Source of the DNA: Octopus sinensis
Taxonomy: Eukaryota
Direction: 5' to 3'
Length of the DNA stretch: 64,000 nt
Assembly (NCBI RefSeq): GCF_006345805.1
Contig: NC_043025.1
Location: 1,178,001-1,242,000 of the forward strand
Made by a program: the position numbers and the translations under genes. This document shows, one piece after another, positions 27,681 to 41,647 of this stretch (positions within the stretch are counted from its first letter, which is position 1; each line of letters starts with the position of its first letter). Under the pieces are notes generated by a model, which was given only the letters and a program-made list of their open reading frames with translations, was not told where the DNA came from and did no database searches.

Positions 27681-28858
27681 ATTTACAGGAATATTTACAA
27701 ACAAATATAATAATAATTTCAAACTTTGGCACACGGTCAGTAATTTTGGAGGTGGTAGATCACCCAGTTACATCAACCCCAGTGTTCAACAGCCACTTGT
27801 ATATAATTCTGCCAAGGTCGACTTTGCTTTGCACCCTTTCAGAGTCGATAAATTAAGTACTAGTTGAATGCTGGAGTCAATGTATTCGACTTGCCCCTTC
27901 CCCCAAAAATTTCAGGCTTTATGCCAATAGTAGAAAAGATAATTATTATAAGGGCCAGTTTCCCAGTTTCATGGCGTATAAATTCCCCACCTGGATGGGA
28001 CACCTGTCCATTGCAGGATTACTCATTTTTGCCAGATGAGAGGACTGAAACAATGGGAAATTAAATGTTTTGCTCAAGAACACAACATATTGCCCAGTCC
28101 AGGAATCGAAACTACAACCTTACAATCATGAGTTCAACATACTAATTGCCAAGACACATGCTTCCACAATGGATACAAGTATATATATGTTTGGGTGTGT
28201 TTATGTGTCTGTGTGTGTGTGTATAAACAAATGTGGAGATGTGTGGCTTAATGGTTAGGGTATTTAACTCCTGAGTGTTTGGTCATGAGTTCAATACCTA
28301 GCAGTGTTTTGTGTCCTTAAGCAAGGTATTTTAGTTCATATTGTTCCAGTTCCCTCAGCTTTGTCACATTCTGTGACATGCTGAATCTCTCTGAGAACTA
28401 CATGAAGGATACACATGTCCATGGTGTACTCAGCTACTTGCATGTTAACTTCTCAAGCAGCCTATTCTGTTCATCAGATCACCTAGAACACTCATCACCA
28501 TAACCGATGGAGTACCAGTTATAACCAAACTAGCCAATTTAAATATATATACATACATGCATACACATACACACACACACATGTTTTTGTATTTATATAT
28601 ATGCCGTTCCTAACACCAACCACTCCATGGTTGGTGTTAGGTATCCAGCTGTAAAAGCCATGCCAAAACAGACACAGAAGCATGGTGCAGACTCCACCCT
28701 GGCCAGTTCGTATCAAACCATCTAACCCATGCCAAGCATGGAAGGTGGATGTTAAATGATTATGATGAGGATATGTATATTTATATACATATGTATATAC
28801 ACACATGCTCAAACACACATATATACATTCAGAGAGAGACAGACAGACAGACAGGAGT

Positions 28859-28864
28859 TTTATT
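28859..28864 (-). promoter_or_regulatory. Candidate polyadenylation signal AATAAA
   Basis: It lies at the end of a ~540-bp unique AT-rich segment and is followed on the minus strand by a TG/T-rich tract. Confidence 0.35.
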
Positions 28865-29479
28865 GTTAAGAAATACACTTAAATGCACATTTCTGATTGT
28901 CGTGAAATAGAGTTTGCTTCTTAATTCCACATTGAGTTGCATATTTACAAAAAGAAAAAAATGTAAAATTAAAAAAAAGAGCACAAGAATCCCTATTCAG
29001 CCACACAAATTCAGTGTTGCCCGATTGCAACATTACAACTCTACCAGTCAATATAAGCCAAAGAGATAACTTCAAGATTACTAGTTTTTTTTGTTTTTTT
29101 TTAATTGAATGATTTTTACTCAAAATCATTTCTTTTTTATCCAACCTCTCTCCACCCAGATTGAAGAATTTAAGTTTGATCAAAATATATCCTCTATTGC
29201 TTTTGATTTTTAGTTGATGGAAAAACTTTCTGTGACAACTGTGTGTGCATAAAACCCCCATCAACATGCATCATAGAATTGCATGCAGCTGGTTCGTTTT
29301 CTTTATCAGTGCACAACTTCCACTTAGACGGTTAAATGGAATTATTGTCACACCTTATATTTCTGCCACCAACATTTCCAAAATGTATTTTGTATTTTAT
29401 AGATATACTAGCTGAAGGTGACACGCTCTACGCGCGGGTAAGTGTGTGGTTATTACTTTCTGTTGCTTCCTTTCAGCAC

Positions 29480-29790
29480 GTAAAAAGTACCATCCGAACG
29501 TGGCGGATTGCAGCGCCGCCTTGACTGGCTTCTGTGCCAGTGGCACGTAAAAAGCACCAACCGATCGTGGCCATTGCCAGCCCCCCTGGAACCTGTGCCG
29601 GCGGCACGAAAAATGCACCCACTACGCTCACAGAGTGGTTGGCGTTAGGAAGGGCATCCACCTGTAGAAACACTGCCAGATCAGACTGGAGCCTGGTGCA
29701 GCCTCCTATCTTCCCAGACGCCGGTCAAACTGTCCAACCCGTGCTAGCACGGAAAACGGACGTTAAACGATGATGATGATGATTATGATT
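29480..29790 (+). mobile_element. Retroelement (probably RTE) 3'UTR with GAT tail
   Basis: tgccagtggcacgtaaaaagcacc...gtggccattgccagcccccc matches the 3'UTR of the RTE at about 50955-51010 and ends gttaaacgatgatgatg. Confidence 0.65.
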
Positions 29791-30950
29791 CTCCCTCTTT
29801 GTTTCTCTCTCCCTTTCCCCACTCTCTTACTCTTCCTTTCTCTCGGACTCTCCCTCGCTTTCTCTTACTCTCTATCTTTATCTATCTCTCTCCCATTTAT
29901 AAACAACAAAATATCTTGAGTAAGTTGAGAAATAAAATATTTAGAAAGATCAATCATAAATATCAGGCAGTAACAACGGAAAGGTCTACTTCAAGGCAGA
30001 CAGCAAAACACTAACATTTAAAAGGGACAGACGAACTTGCGAGCTGAATAAAAATAATAAAATATTAGAAACCAAAGTTTGAAGGGATAGAATCTGAGGG
30101 TAGTAGAGTCAGCATGGCTGGCATTTCTTAACGACGGACAGCAACGTTTTGACAGTTTAACGGCTGGCGTGAAATTTTGAATTTGATGTAAAAGAAAATC
30201 CCTAAACACCAAGTTTTGAAGTGATTCTTTTTCACAACAGTAGACTCACCATGGCAAGCATTCAAAACTTCATCATGGACGGCAACACATTGACGATTAA
30301 AAGGCTGGCGCAAATTTTTTAGCTTGATGTAACAGAGAATTCCTAAACACACGCTCCTTTAAATTTTAATTCCCTTCCTGCCCCATTTAGACCCCTTTTC
30401 ACATTTTGGTTAATATAACGCGATTTCATTCGGGTGTACTGGGGCCACATTTTATAAGATGAGGAATTTTGTCCTAGAGGTCACGCCTTTCATTTGAGGA
30501 AAAAAAATAGTTGTCATGCAAACTTGCCAGCACTTTTAACATAGGTCTGCATCTATGTATGTGTGTGTGTGCATGTATATGTATGTATGTGTGTATGTAT
30601 GTGTGTGTGTATGTATGTAGTTCCATTGAGTCAACCTAATTATTTTCTACATAGCAGACCGTTACATAAACAGGCAAAGGTACATACATACATACACACT
30701 CACACATACATACACACACATACACAGACACACATACATACATACACACACCCATATACATGCATACATACATATACACATACATGCATACACACGCACG
30801 CACTACAAAAACCGAGTAAAAAATTTCAGTTATCTCTCTCTTTCACACAGACAGATACATAAAAGAAGGCCGTTTGTTTGAAATAGAGTGAGTATTGTGT
30901 GTTGGTGGTGGTGGTGGTGATGATAATTATCATTAGGAAAAAGAGTGAGT

Positions 30951-31360
30951 GAGTGAGGAAGACATATACATAAATTGTGGCGATGATAATTCTCCCTATG
31001 AATGCAGGCAGATAGATCAAAGAAAGCCGTCTGACGAACTTATAGAGGGAAAGTGAAAGGGGGTTGAGGGGAATACATTAAATAACGGTAGTGGAATTTT
31101 CAAAGTTGTAAATGAAGAGGAGTGAGAGGGTATTGGAGGGAATAGCGTGAGTGAGGAAGACATATACATAAATTGTGGCGATGATAATTCTCCCTATGAA
31201 TGCAGGCAGATAGATCAAAGAAAGCCGTCTGACGAACTTATAGAGGGAAAGTGAAAGGGGGTTGAGGGGAATAGATTAAATAACGGTAGTGGAATTTTCA
31301 AAGTTGTAAATGAAGAGGAGTGAGAGGGTATTGGAGGGAATAGCGTGAGTGAGGAAGATG
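30951..31360. repeat. 198-bp direct tandem duplication (2 copies + start of a third)
   Basis: gagtgaggaaga occurs at 30951, 31149 and 31347. Confidence 0.95.
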
Positions 31361-34300
31361 GCCCCTAGCAACCACACTTTTTAAGATAGGCATTTCTAAG
31401 GTAGCCCACGATCTTCGTCACCTCATTCTACATGTCCCTGTAAATTTTGGAACGAATCGGACGGGATGTAGTGGCATTGAAAGCGATCCAAGCGGTAAAA
31501 ACGCATTTCAGTTTTATATATAGAAATGTGTATCTACACACACACAAGTATGTATGTGTGTGTGCATGTTTATATGTGTATATAATTGGGTGAGTGTTTA
31601 TATGTATGTGCATGTATGTGTGAGGGTATTGGATATATATTGGAATGTATCATATGATATATATATATTTAATATATAATATATATGTATAGGATATATT
31701 ACATATACACACACACACACTTGTATAAATGCATGCATATACATACGTATGTATATATATATATGCATATATATATACATACGTATGTATATGCATGCAT
31801 TTATACAAGTGTGTGTGTGTATGTAATATATCCTATACACATGCGAATATACATATACATACAAACAAACACACACACACATACATACAAATACACATAC
31901 ACACATATATATATATATACACACATACACATACATATACATACATACACGCACACACACCCATATATATATATATACACATATGTATGTGTATATATAT
32001 GTATATTCGCATGTGTGTGTATGTGTGTTTGTATGTATATTTATTTTATACGTTTTTTCATGTATATTTATCTACTTCTTCCGTCCACTTAACAAACTGA
32101 ATTCCTCCCCTTGACCACCAAAAAGCAATTGTCTTCTAATTTACCTAAAACCCCATCCCATATATCTGATTCTATTCAATTATTCTATTTATTCATTTAT
32201 TTACTTTCTCACTGATTCTTCTCACTTCAAAAAACTCTCTGTCCTTTTGACCACTCCCCTAAGAGCAATAGCCTGTGCCCTGTTTATTTCCTTAATACCA
32301 ACTTACCCAAAAAACGTCCCCCACCATCACCCCATTAAATCTGCCTAAATGTATAAATACCAGACATTATATTGACAGCCAACTTCCTGAAGATTTCATC
32401 TGAATGAAACAGTTCTAGTCCTGTAGAAGCTCCTTCTATAAAATAAATTACTTTACTCTGCTATGTATTGAGTACCTTATTTACTGTGGTTAACCCCGAC
32501 TCAACCCGGGACCTACATATATATATGCATATATATGTACATATATACACACACAGCGACATATACATACATATATATACACACACTCACTCAAACACAC
32601 ACACAAATGTACACATAGACAAATACATTAACAAACACTTAAATTTTCAATTGAAAAGCAATATCTCAAATTTTTAAATTTCTTATTTTTTTGCTGTTTA
32701 TAAGAAGCTGGTGAAAATCTTTGCAAAAAAATATTTTTGTTGGTATTATTGCTATTGCAACTGCTACTATTATTATTGTTGTCGTTGTTGCTGTTGTTAT
32801 AGTTGTTGTTGTTGTTGACAATAACTTTGTAGAAAAAAAAAGAAAAAATTGACTATTATTGCTTTTCACTATATCTCTGTTTTATCATTGTCGTTTTTGT
32901 TGTTGTTTTTGTCGCCACCGAAAGTTTTAATAGAAATATCTAAACCAATATTACAACATTTATATATTTATATTTTTACTTCCTTTCAATATTCCATCAT
33001 CCTGTCTCAAACACACACACACACACACATTTCTTATACACACCTGAGAAGATTCTGCAAAAAACTAAAGACATTCTTCACCAAGTGAAAATAGTAAACA
33101 TGTTCCACACATATTCCATTGTGGCTGAGGGCATCTTGTCTTATTTTTCAACAGAGGAATATTCCAGTCCTTTGATCATGGAACTATCTCAGACGTTGGC
33201 TTATATCTACTACACGTGGCTGAATATTTCACAGATTCCTTGTACCCTTAGCATAATCTTTGGTACAGAATCAATGGGATAAGGATAATGTGGACATGTC
33301 TGCGTATCCACATACATATATAGACAAACATTTGCATGGTTAGAGAATTTGGATCACAATTCTAAGGTCATGAGTTCAATTTCCGATGATACATTGTACC
33401 ATTGAGCAAGACACTTTATTTCACATTGCTCCAGTCCACTCAGTTGGCAAAAATGAGTTGTACCAGTAATTCAAAGGGCCAGCCTTGTCACATTCTGTGT
33501 CACACTGAATCTCCCTGAAGACAATGTTAGGGGTACATGTGTTTGTGGAGTGCTCAGCCACTTGTACCTTACTGGAAGATTCATCGTCATAACACATGGA
33601 GTATTTGTTATATACTTGTGCATGCACACGCCTGTGTGTGTGTAGGTGTACATGTACTGAGTGAGAGAGCAAAGCATGCTACATGTATGTCTGTATGTAT
33701 GTATTTATGTGTTACAAAACTTCACTGTATCTGCATATGTGTGTGCATGTATGTACATATATATATATATATATATATATAAATAATTTGGGTAAACAAA
33801 CTTTCAAATCAATCAGGTGTAACGCTACAGCATTATATGCATCTACATATCGTACTTTGGGGTCTTATTTATCATATATTTATATATTTATCTATAAATA
33901 TACAAAGTGTCTGATAAATGTCAGTATTCAATTTTGGGGTATTAATCGATATGCGGCTATTCTGTTTCAGATAATACAAAAATAACCCAATGAGTATATC
34001 TGACGATAAACTCATGGCATCAGTTTGCACGTCATGAAATAATACTTAAAGGATATAACCAAAATTTCCAGCTGGGTATATAATGTACTTCATCAATTAT
34101 ATCATACTTTAGTTAATACTTATCATCATCATCATCGTCGTTTCGCGTCCGTTTTCCATTTTCCATGCTAGCATGGGTTGGACCTTATATTTATTAAATG
34201 TGAAGGAACAAAACATGTTTCAGTATTGGAAGATTACAATATATATATATATATACACGACTGTATACCCATATATATACATATATAAATACATATATGC

Positions 34301-34974
34301 AATCGTCAGATTTACAATTATTCCAGTATTTCTTCAGGTTCTATTTCAAAATATTATATATCTAATTTTACATCCCTTTAAAAATAAGCAATACAATTAA
34401 GCATTAAAAATTAAAAATTACGAATTAGAAATTAAGAATAAAAATTAAGAATAAAAATAAAAATTAAGAATAAAAATTATACTTTGTAATATTAAGAATT
34501 AAATTTTTTTAATTATACATCATAAATATGAATTAGTATAGATATCAATCATGTAAAATGAAGTATATGTCAAATACAGAATGTGAGATATAAGATTAAA
34601 CATCAGAAGAAAAATGTCTGTGTTTAAATTTGATATATAACAAGAAAAATTCAAATACATATCTTACTAAAATGGTGATTTGAGGAAGAAGATAGCAGGG
34701 AACTATGGGTATTAATAGGTGATTAGTACCAAGGGAGGTAATTACACTATACATAGTTTTAATTTTAAGTTATCCTCTATCATTATTTTCAAATAATTTG
34801 TTATTTTATAATTTTAGTAATATTTAATTCATATTTTATTAAAATTATTGCATTATATATTTATTTATTTCATTATTTATTTATTATTATTTTATTTATC
34901 TAGTCTATTCAAGTTCTTTAGAAGTAAAATGATGTGGTTATTTGATTCAGGGGTTGGGGATTCAGTACTTCATT

Positions 34975-36260
34975 TTACTAAATGTAAAATTACTTCGATG
35001 CATACATTTTACTCTTCATTCATCACGTGTGTTTAGTAATTTATCTCTAAACTGTAGTAGTTTCATAAATTCACTTATGCATAATAAACACATTTTATTC
35101 CCAATATTATAGGAGTGGGCTCTACCTATAATACTCCAATTAAGGGTATATGCTCTTTTTCTAGATTTTTATTCCCAATATTATAGGAGTGGGCTCTACC
35201 TATAATACTCCAATTAAGGGTATATGCTCTTTTTCTAGATTTTTATTCCCAATATTATAGGAGTGGGCTCTACCTATAATACTCCAATTAAGGGTATATG
35301 CTCTTTTTCTAGATTTTTATTCCCAAATATATTTACCTAAGCCTGTAGACTTACTTAAATTGGGATTTTTAAAGGTCTGGTAGTGTTGGGATATTCTTTT
35401 TTAAATTTCATTAGCTGTAGATCCAATATAAGCCTTATTTATAATTTTATCATTATTGTTCTTAGAGCTAACTATACATTTATCAATTACATTATCCATT
35501 TTACAATTATTAGAGATCTTACATTTAGTCTTATCACGACATGAACATTTTTCTATATGTTGATTGTCTTCTATCACTATCAGTTATATTATGGCTAGAG
35601 CTATTATTTATTATGCTATTATAATAATTATTTAATTTTTTTATTATTTATAGAGGAAATGATATCGCCTACATTTCTCAATGTTGAGTATTCAACTCTT
35701 ATGGTTTTATAGGAAAATATATTTGAATAACTATTGTCCTTTTTAAAAACCATTTTTACTATTTTAAGTGTCTCCTTAATAATATTAGTCATAACCTGAT
35801 CCCCTTTAGGAAAATTTAACCATATAATATCTTTTTATTTTTTATATTTTTATATTATCATTATTAGTAGATATCATGGGTATTAAATTGTCATTCTTAG
35901 GTATATTATATCTCTTTATGTATACGTTATTATATTTCTTACTATTGCTCATATTTTCATTATCATTATTACTCTTATTATTATAATCATTATTAACAGC
36001 TATATTATTTTTATCTTTATTTAGTTTGTTATATTGTCTTTTATTATTATTATTCATATTTTTACTGTTAGATTTATTATTAGTTTTATTAGGAATACTT
36101 GTTATATTATTATTATTATAAATGGGTTCATAATAATTAAAGAATTTTATATTAGAGTTGTATTCTGCTTCTTTTAATGCTTTATTATAAAATGGGGCAT
36201 GTTTATTAAAAGTGTCATAATCTGAGGATAACATGGATATTCTTTAACTGATTTCAGATA
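34975..36260 (-). pseudogene. Penelope-like element (PLE) remnant: linker and GIY-YIG endonuclease
   Basis: RISMLSSDYDTFNKHAPFYNKALKEAEY; IIWLNFP...IFSYKTIRVEYS; CSCRDK..C...C; YIGST...KRISQH..TF; KYIWE; WSII.RA..Y...C.LC; LLNTRDE...CMH. Stop codons are present. Confidence 0.8.
35097..35325. repeat. 74-bp tandem triplication inside the PLE endonuclease
   Basis: attccca occurs at 35097, 35171, 35245 and 35319. Confidence 0.95.
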
Positions 36261-36990
36261 TATATATATGCTTGTTCTTTCATCTTCACCCACTCCTGCA
36301 ACCAACCCAACCCAACCCAACATCTTCCCTCTGTTGTTCTCCTCCTGTTCAGCACCATCAGTTATCTTCTCCCCCTTGCACTCATCACACTTTGGCTCTA
36401 GCACTCTCATATAACCCCTCTGCAGCATGATACCTGTTTCACTTTGGCCTCTTCTCTTATACATTTAGCCATCATTTGCCTCTCAACTTCTATCATAAAG
36501 TTGCACTCCCAAGGTTTTTTGTCTTGGAAACTATGTGACAGCCACACTAGTGCCTGTGTCAGGAAAAAAGGCACCCAGTACATGACGTAAAGTACTTAGT
36601 GTTAGGAAGGGCACCCAGTTATAGAAAATGTCCCAACTAGACACTGGAGCACAATACCATCCTTGAGCCTATCAGATCCTGTCAAACCATCCAACTCATG
36701 TCAGTATGGTACATGGATGTTAAATGATGAAGATAATGATGATATAGGGACAGAAAGAGCATCTGGCAGTACAACAATGCTTTGATGATACTTATCTAAA
36801 CTAGGCTAACATAGAAAAACAGATGTAAACGAAAGATCGTATTTAGGGTTAGCCAAAAATCACCTGAATGTAAATCAAAACTATTGAATCGAACTCACTA
36901 CCTCATGATTGTGAGCCTGACACTCTAACCACTGAGCAATGTACCTTCACAGACATACACACACGCATATATATATATATATATATATAT

Positions 36991-37415
36991 ATAGGCGCAG
37001 GAGTGGCTGTGTGGTAAGTAGCTTGCTAACCAACCACATGGTTCTGGGTTCAGTCCCACAGCGTGGCATCTTGGGCAAGTGTCTTCTGCTATAGCCCCGG
37101 GCCGACCAATGCCTTGTGAGTGGATTTGGTAGACGGAAACCGAAAGAAGCCTGTCGTATATATGTATATATATATATATATAAGTGTGTGTGTATATGTT
37201 TGTGTGTCTGTGTTTGTCCCCCTAGCGTTGCTTGACAACCGATGCTGGTGTGTTTACGTCCCCGTCACTTAGCGGTTCGGCAAAAGAGACTGATAGAATA
37301 AGTACTGGGCTTACAAAGAATAAGTCCCGGGGTCGATTTGCTCGACTAAAGGCGGTGCTCCAGCATGGCCGCAGTCAAATGACTGAAACAAGTAAAAGAG
37401 TAAAAAGAGTAAAAG
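36991..37415 (+). mobile_element. Full-length young family-C SINE
   Basis: tRNA-like head, CORE-like segment, central microsatellite and (AAGAGTAA)n tail; CpGs are intact. Confidence 0.9.
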
Positions 37416-37530
37416 AGTATATATATATAGTTAATCCAAACATGAAAACACAGAGAGAAAACACAACAACGCGAGGATGTGGAACAAATATAGTATCATT
37501 GGACGCTGAGGAAGGAAAGGAAGAAGGAGG

Positions 37531-37565
37531 GTTTAACATTTCAAGTGGAGCTCTTTGTCAGAAAC
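37531..37565 (-). ncRNA. Decayed minimal hammerhead-like motif within a dispersed repeat
   Basis: GTTT-CTGACAA-A-GAG..CTT-GAAA-TG-TT-AAAC. Confidence 0.4.
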
Positions 37566-37646
37566 ATAGGAAAAGGAAAGATCCAGAGAAGGGAAGACGG
37601 AGGAAAAAAAATCATGAACGGTACACACGCGGTCACACACACACAC

Positions 37647-37703
<57 letters not shown>

Positions 37704-38093
37704 TTAATTAGAGATAAAACCACTATTAGGCAAATCAAACAATGAAAAACATTAGCCAATACATAAAATTAATTAATTTATATTATTTTAAATATATATC
37801 AAAAGTATTAAAAGTTTAATAAAAGATAAAGTGTAAAACACTACGATCGTTTCATGAACAATGGTCACAGCTGCAACCCTTTGACTATGTGTGTGCTGGA
37901 TCAGAGCAGAACACCAGAAAGAAATAGGCAAATATTGCAACAGAACATAAAGAAAAATCACAGCAGAATTTTAAAAAAAACAGAGAAAAAACACAGAAGA
38001 TGAGGTTAAATACTTCAAAGAAAAATGGTTCCTTCTGTTATTCACCAATTTATACATACATATACATACACACTCCACACACACACACATACG

Positions 38094-38137
<44 letters not shown>

Positions 38138-39894
38138 ATGATATTGGCAATAATTTTAATTTACAGAAGTAATCAGGAAAAATCTAAACTTCAAACTACT
38201 GTAAAAATATTTATAAAACAAGATAAGTTTTGTGTGTGCCATGAGGGAGAGGTGAGATGTTATGTTTCTTCAGGCAATGCAATGTTTCAAGTAGGGAAGA
38301 GCAAGGTTAAACAAAAATAAAGAGGAAAAAAAACCCCAAAAAATTCTTTATCAGTCATACTTCCACCACCACGCCACCACCATCAATCACCACCACAACT
38401 ATATGTACTAGCATACCATAAACTCCATCATATCCACCCTCACAAGTGCTACCAATAAAACAAACACTGCTACCAACTTAACTGCTATGACATTCACCAC
38501 AGCTAGTATTCTACTACTACTACTACTACTACTACTATGATCAATTCTTTTATGCTAAATCTTCAAAATTAATAAATTCCTTGCTCATGTGTTAGCACAC
38601 TAGCAGAGGAGCTGTGGCGGCACCTGAGTTGAGATTGTTGTCAGATGAAAGAAGTGCCGATGACTTAAGTAGTTTACTGAGTTTTAAAAGCTTCGTTAAG
38701 GTGTGACTAATTCCTTGACTATTGTTAATGGGATTATGCCAAAATATGCTATTGCTTCGTTAAGTAATCTCATTTGTTTCTTCACCATAAACATTGCAGC
38801 ACTCAGCAAGCATTTTACTTCTATTTCCATTTTTTTTTCTTTCTATCTTAATTATTTGATGTTGATATTCCAGAATAAAAAATGGAATGCAAGAATCAGA
38901 ATATTGCCCATAGTCTTTTATCCTCCCCCTGCTTCACCATCATTTAACATCCACTTTTCTATGCTTGCATGGGTCAGATTGAATTTGGTGAGGCAGACTT
39001 TTATAAGACTGGATGCCCTTCCTGTTTTCAATCATCATTTGTTTCCAAGTAAGGTAATATTTAATTTTGGAAGAAGTCAGAAAACAAACAACCTTTAAAT
39101 AATGGTGATGCTCATTTGCAATCATCACATAACATCAATACATGTGGAAACACACACACCTTTACAATGGACTTCTTTCAGGTTCTGTCAATGAAACCCA
39201 CTCACAAGGCTGTGGTCAGCCTGGGACTATAAGCAGAAGACACATGACCAAGGTACCATACAGTGGTACTCTACGCAAGACCACATGCGTGTGTTTAAAT
39301 GTAAAAAAAAAAGGCTAAGACCCCTTTCGGTCATGAATGACCATGGGATTGCACCTAGAAAGTTACCCTCTGAGGCACAAGTCTGAGCAAAGTTGTTTAT
39401 GGAAGACCAACAGTCACCTATGTATATCAGCCTCTCCTCTTCATGCCACTGATATTATCAAAAGCAAAGGCAAAGGCTGATACAGCATGGCACCAGTGAC
39501 ATTGCAACTAATTTCTACAGCTGAGTAAACTGGAGCAATGTGAAATAAAGTGGTTTGCTCAAGAACACAATACACAGCCCAATATGGGATTCGAACTCAC
39601 TACCTCATGATTGTAAGCCCAATGCTCTAACCACTGAGCAATGACAATTCAAGTAATCCTTGGCAGGATTTGAGCTCAGAACACAAAGCAGTAGAACAAG
39701 TAGCACAAGTACCATGTTATATTTAATGTTACAATGACTTCCTATCTTGAGTCTCCTCCTAGGCTGGTACTTTATTTATCGATCCAAGAAGGATGAAACG
39801 TAAAGCTGACCTAGTTGGGGCTTGAACTCAGAGCGCAAGAAACCAAAATAGATGGTGCGAGGTATTTTCATCCAGTCATCTAAGGACTATGTGT

Positions 39895-40622
39895 ACGTGT
39901 GTGTGTGAGAGAGTGTGTGTGAATGTGTGCATGTGTGTGTGTGTGTGTGTGTGTGTGCAAGCATACATGTGATTGTGAGTGTGTGAGAGCACAAGCATGT
40001 GTGTGTGTGTGTGTGCAAGCATACATGTGACTGTGAGTGTGTGAGAGCACAAGCATGTGTGTGTGTGTGTGTGTGTGCAAGCATACATGTGATTGTGAGT
40101 GTGTGAGAGCACAAGCATGTGTGTGTGTGTGTGTGTGTGTGTGCAAGCATACATGTGATTGTGAGTGTGTGAGAGCACAAGCATGTGTGTGTGTGTGTGT
40201 GCAAGCATACATGTGATTGTGAGTGTGTGAGAGCACAAGCATGTGTTGTGTGTGTGTGTGTGTGTGCAAACATACATGTGATTGTGAGTGTGTGAGAGCA
40301 CAAGCATGTGTGTGTGTGTGTGTGTGTGTGCAAGCATACATGTGATTGTGAGTGTGTGAGAGCACAAGCATGTGTGTGTGTGTGTGTGTGTGCAAGCATA
40401 CATGTGACTGTGAGTGTGTGGAGCACAAGCATGTGTGTGTGTGTGTGTGTGTGCAAGCATACATGTGATTGTGAGTGTGTGAGAGCACAAGCATGTGTGT
40501 GTGTGTGTGTGTGTGTGTGCAAGCATACATGTGATTGTGAGTGTGTGAGAGCACAAGCATGTGTGTGTGTGTGCGTGTGTGTGCAAACATACATGTGATT
40601 GTGAGTGTGTGAGAGCACAAGC

Positions 40623-40653
<31 letters not shown>

Positions 40654-40690
40654 AGCATACATGTGATTGTGAGTGTGTGAGAGCACAAGC

Positions 40691-40721
<31 letters not shown>

Positions 40722-41150
40722 AGCATACATGTGATTGTGAGTGTGTGAGAGCACAAGCATGTGTGTGTGGTGTGTGTGTGTGTGTGTGCAAGCATACATG
40801 TGATTGTGAGTGTGTGAGAGCACAAGCATGTGTGTGTTGTGTGTGTGTGTGCAAGCATACATGTGATTGTGAGTGTGTGAGAGCACAAGCGTGTGTGTGT
40901 GTGTGTGTGTGTGTGCAAGCATACATGTGATTGTGAGTGTGTGAGAGCACAAGCATGTGTGTGTGTGTGTGTGTGCATGCATACATGTGATTGTGAGTGT
41001 GTGAGAGCACAAGCATGTGTGTGTGTGTGGTGTGTGTGTGTGTGTGTGCAAGCATACATGTGATTGTGAGTGTGTGGAGCACAAGCATGTGGTGTGTGTG
41101 TGTGTGTGTGAATGCATACATGTGATTGTGAGTGTGTGTGAGAGCACAAG

Positions 41151-41185
<35 letters not shown>

Positions 41186-41223
41186 AAGTATACATGTGAT
41201 TGTGAGTGTGTGAGAGCACAAGC

Positions 41224-41254
<31 letters not shown>

Positions 41255-41415
41255 TGCATACATGTGATTGTGAGTGTGTGTGAGAGCACAAGCATGTGTG
41301 GTGTGTGTGTGTGTGTGCAAACATACATGTGATTGTGAGTGTGTGAGAGCACAAGCATGTGTGTGTGTGTGTGTGTGCAAGCATACATGTGATTGTGAGT
41401 GTGTGAGAGCACAAG

Positions 41416-41448
<33 letters not shown>

Positions 41449-41616
41449 AAGCATACATGTGATTGTGAGTGTGTGAGAGCACAAGCATGTGTGTGTGTGT
41501 GTGTGTGTGTGGTGTGCAAGCATACATGTGATTGTGAGGTGTGAGAGCACAAGCATGTGTTGGTGTGTGTGTGTGTGCATGCATACATGTGATTGTGAGT
41601 GTGTGAGAGCACAAGC

Positions 41617-41647
<31 letters not shown>

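Noticed and set aside
33040-33290. Possible exon in unique sequence
   Set aside because: No minus-strand frame stays open between plausible splice sites, and the plus-strand ORF is unrecognisable.
33995-34045. CTGACGA...GAAA hammerhead candidate
   Set aside because: No helix I, II or III pairing.
37838-37862. GAAACGATCGTA half-hammerhead on the minus strand
   Set aside because: It has the PLE-type palindromic helix III, but the CUGANGA half is missing; a truncated relic at most.
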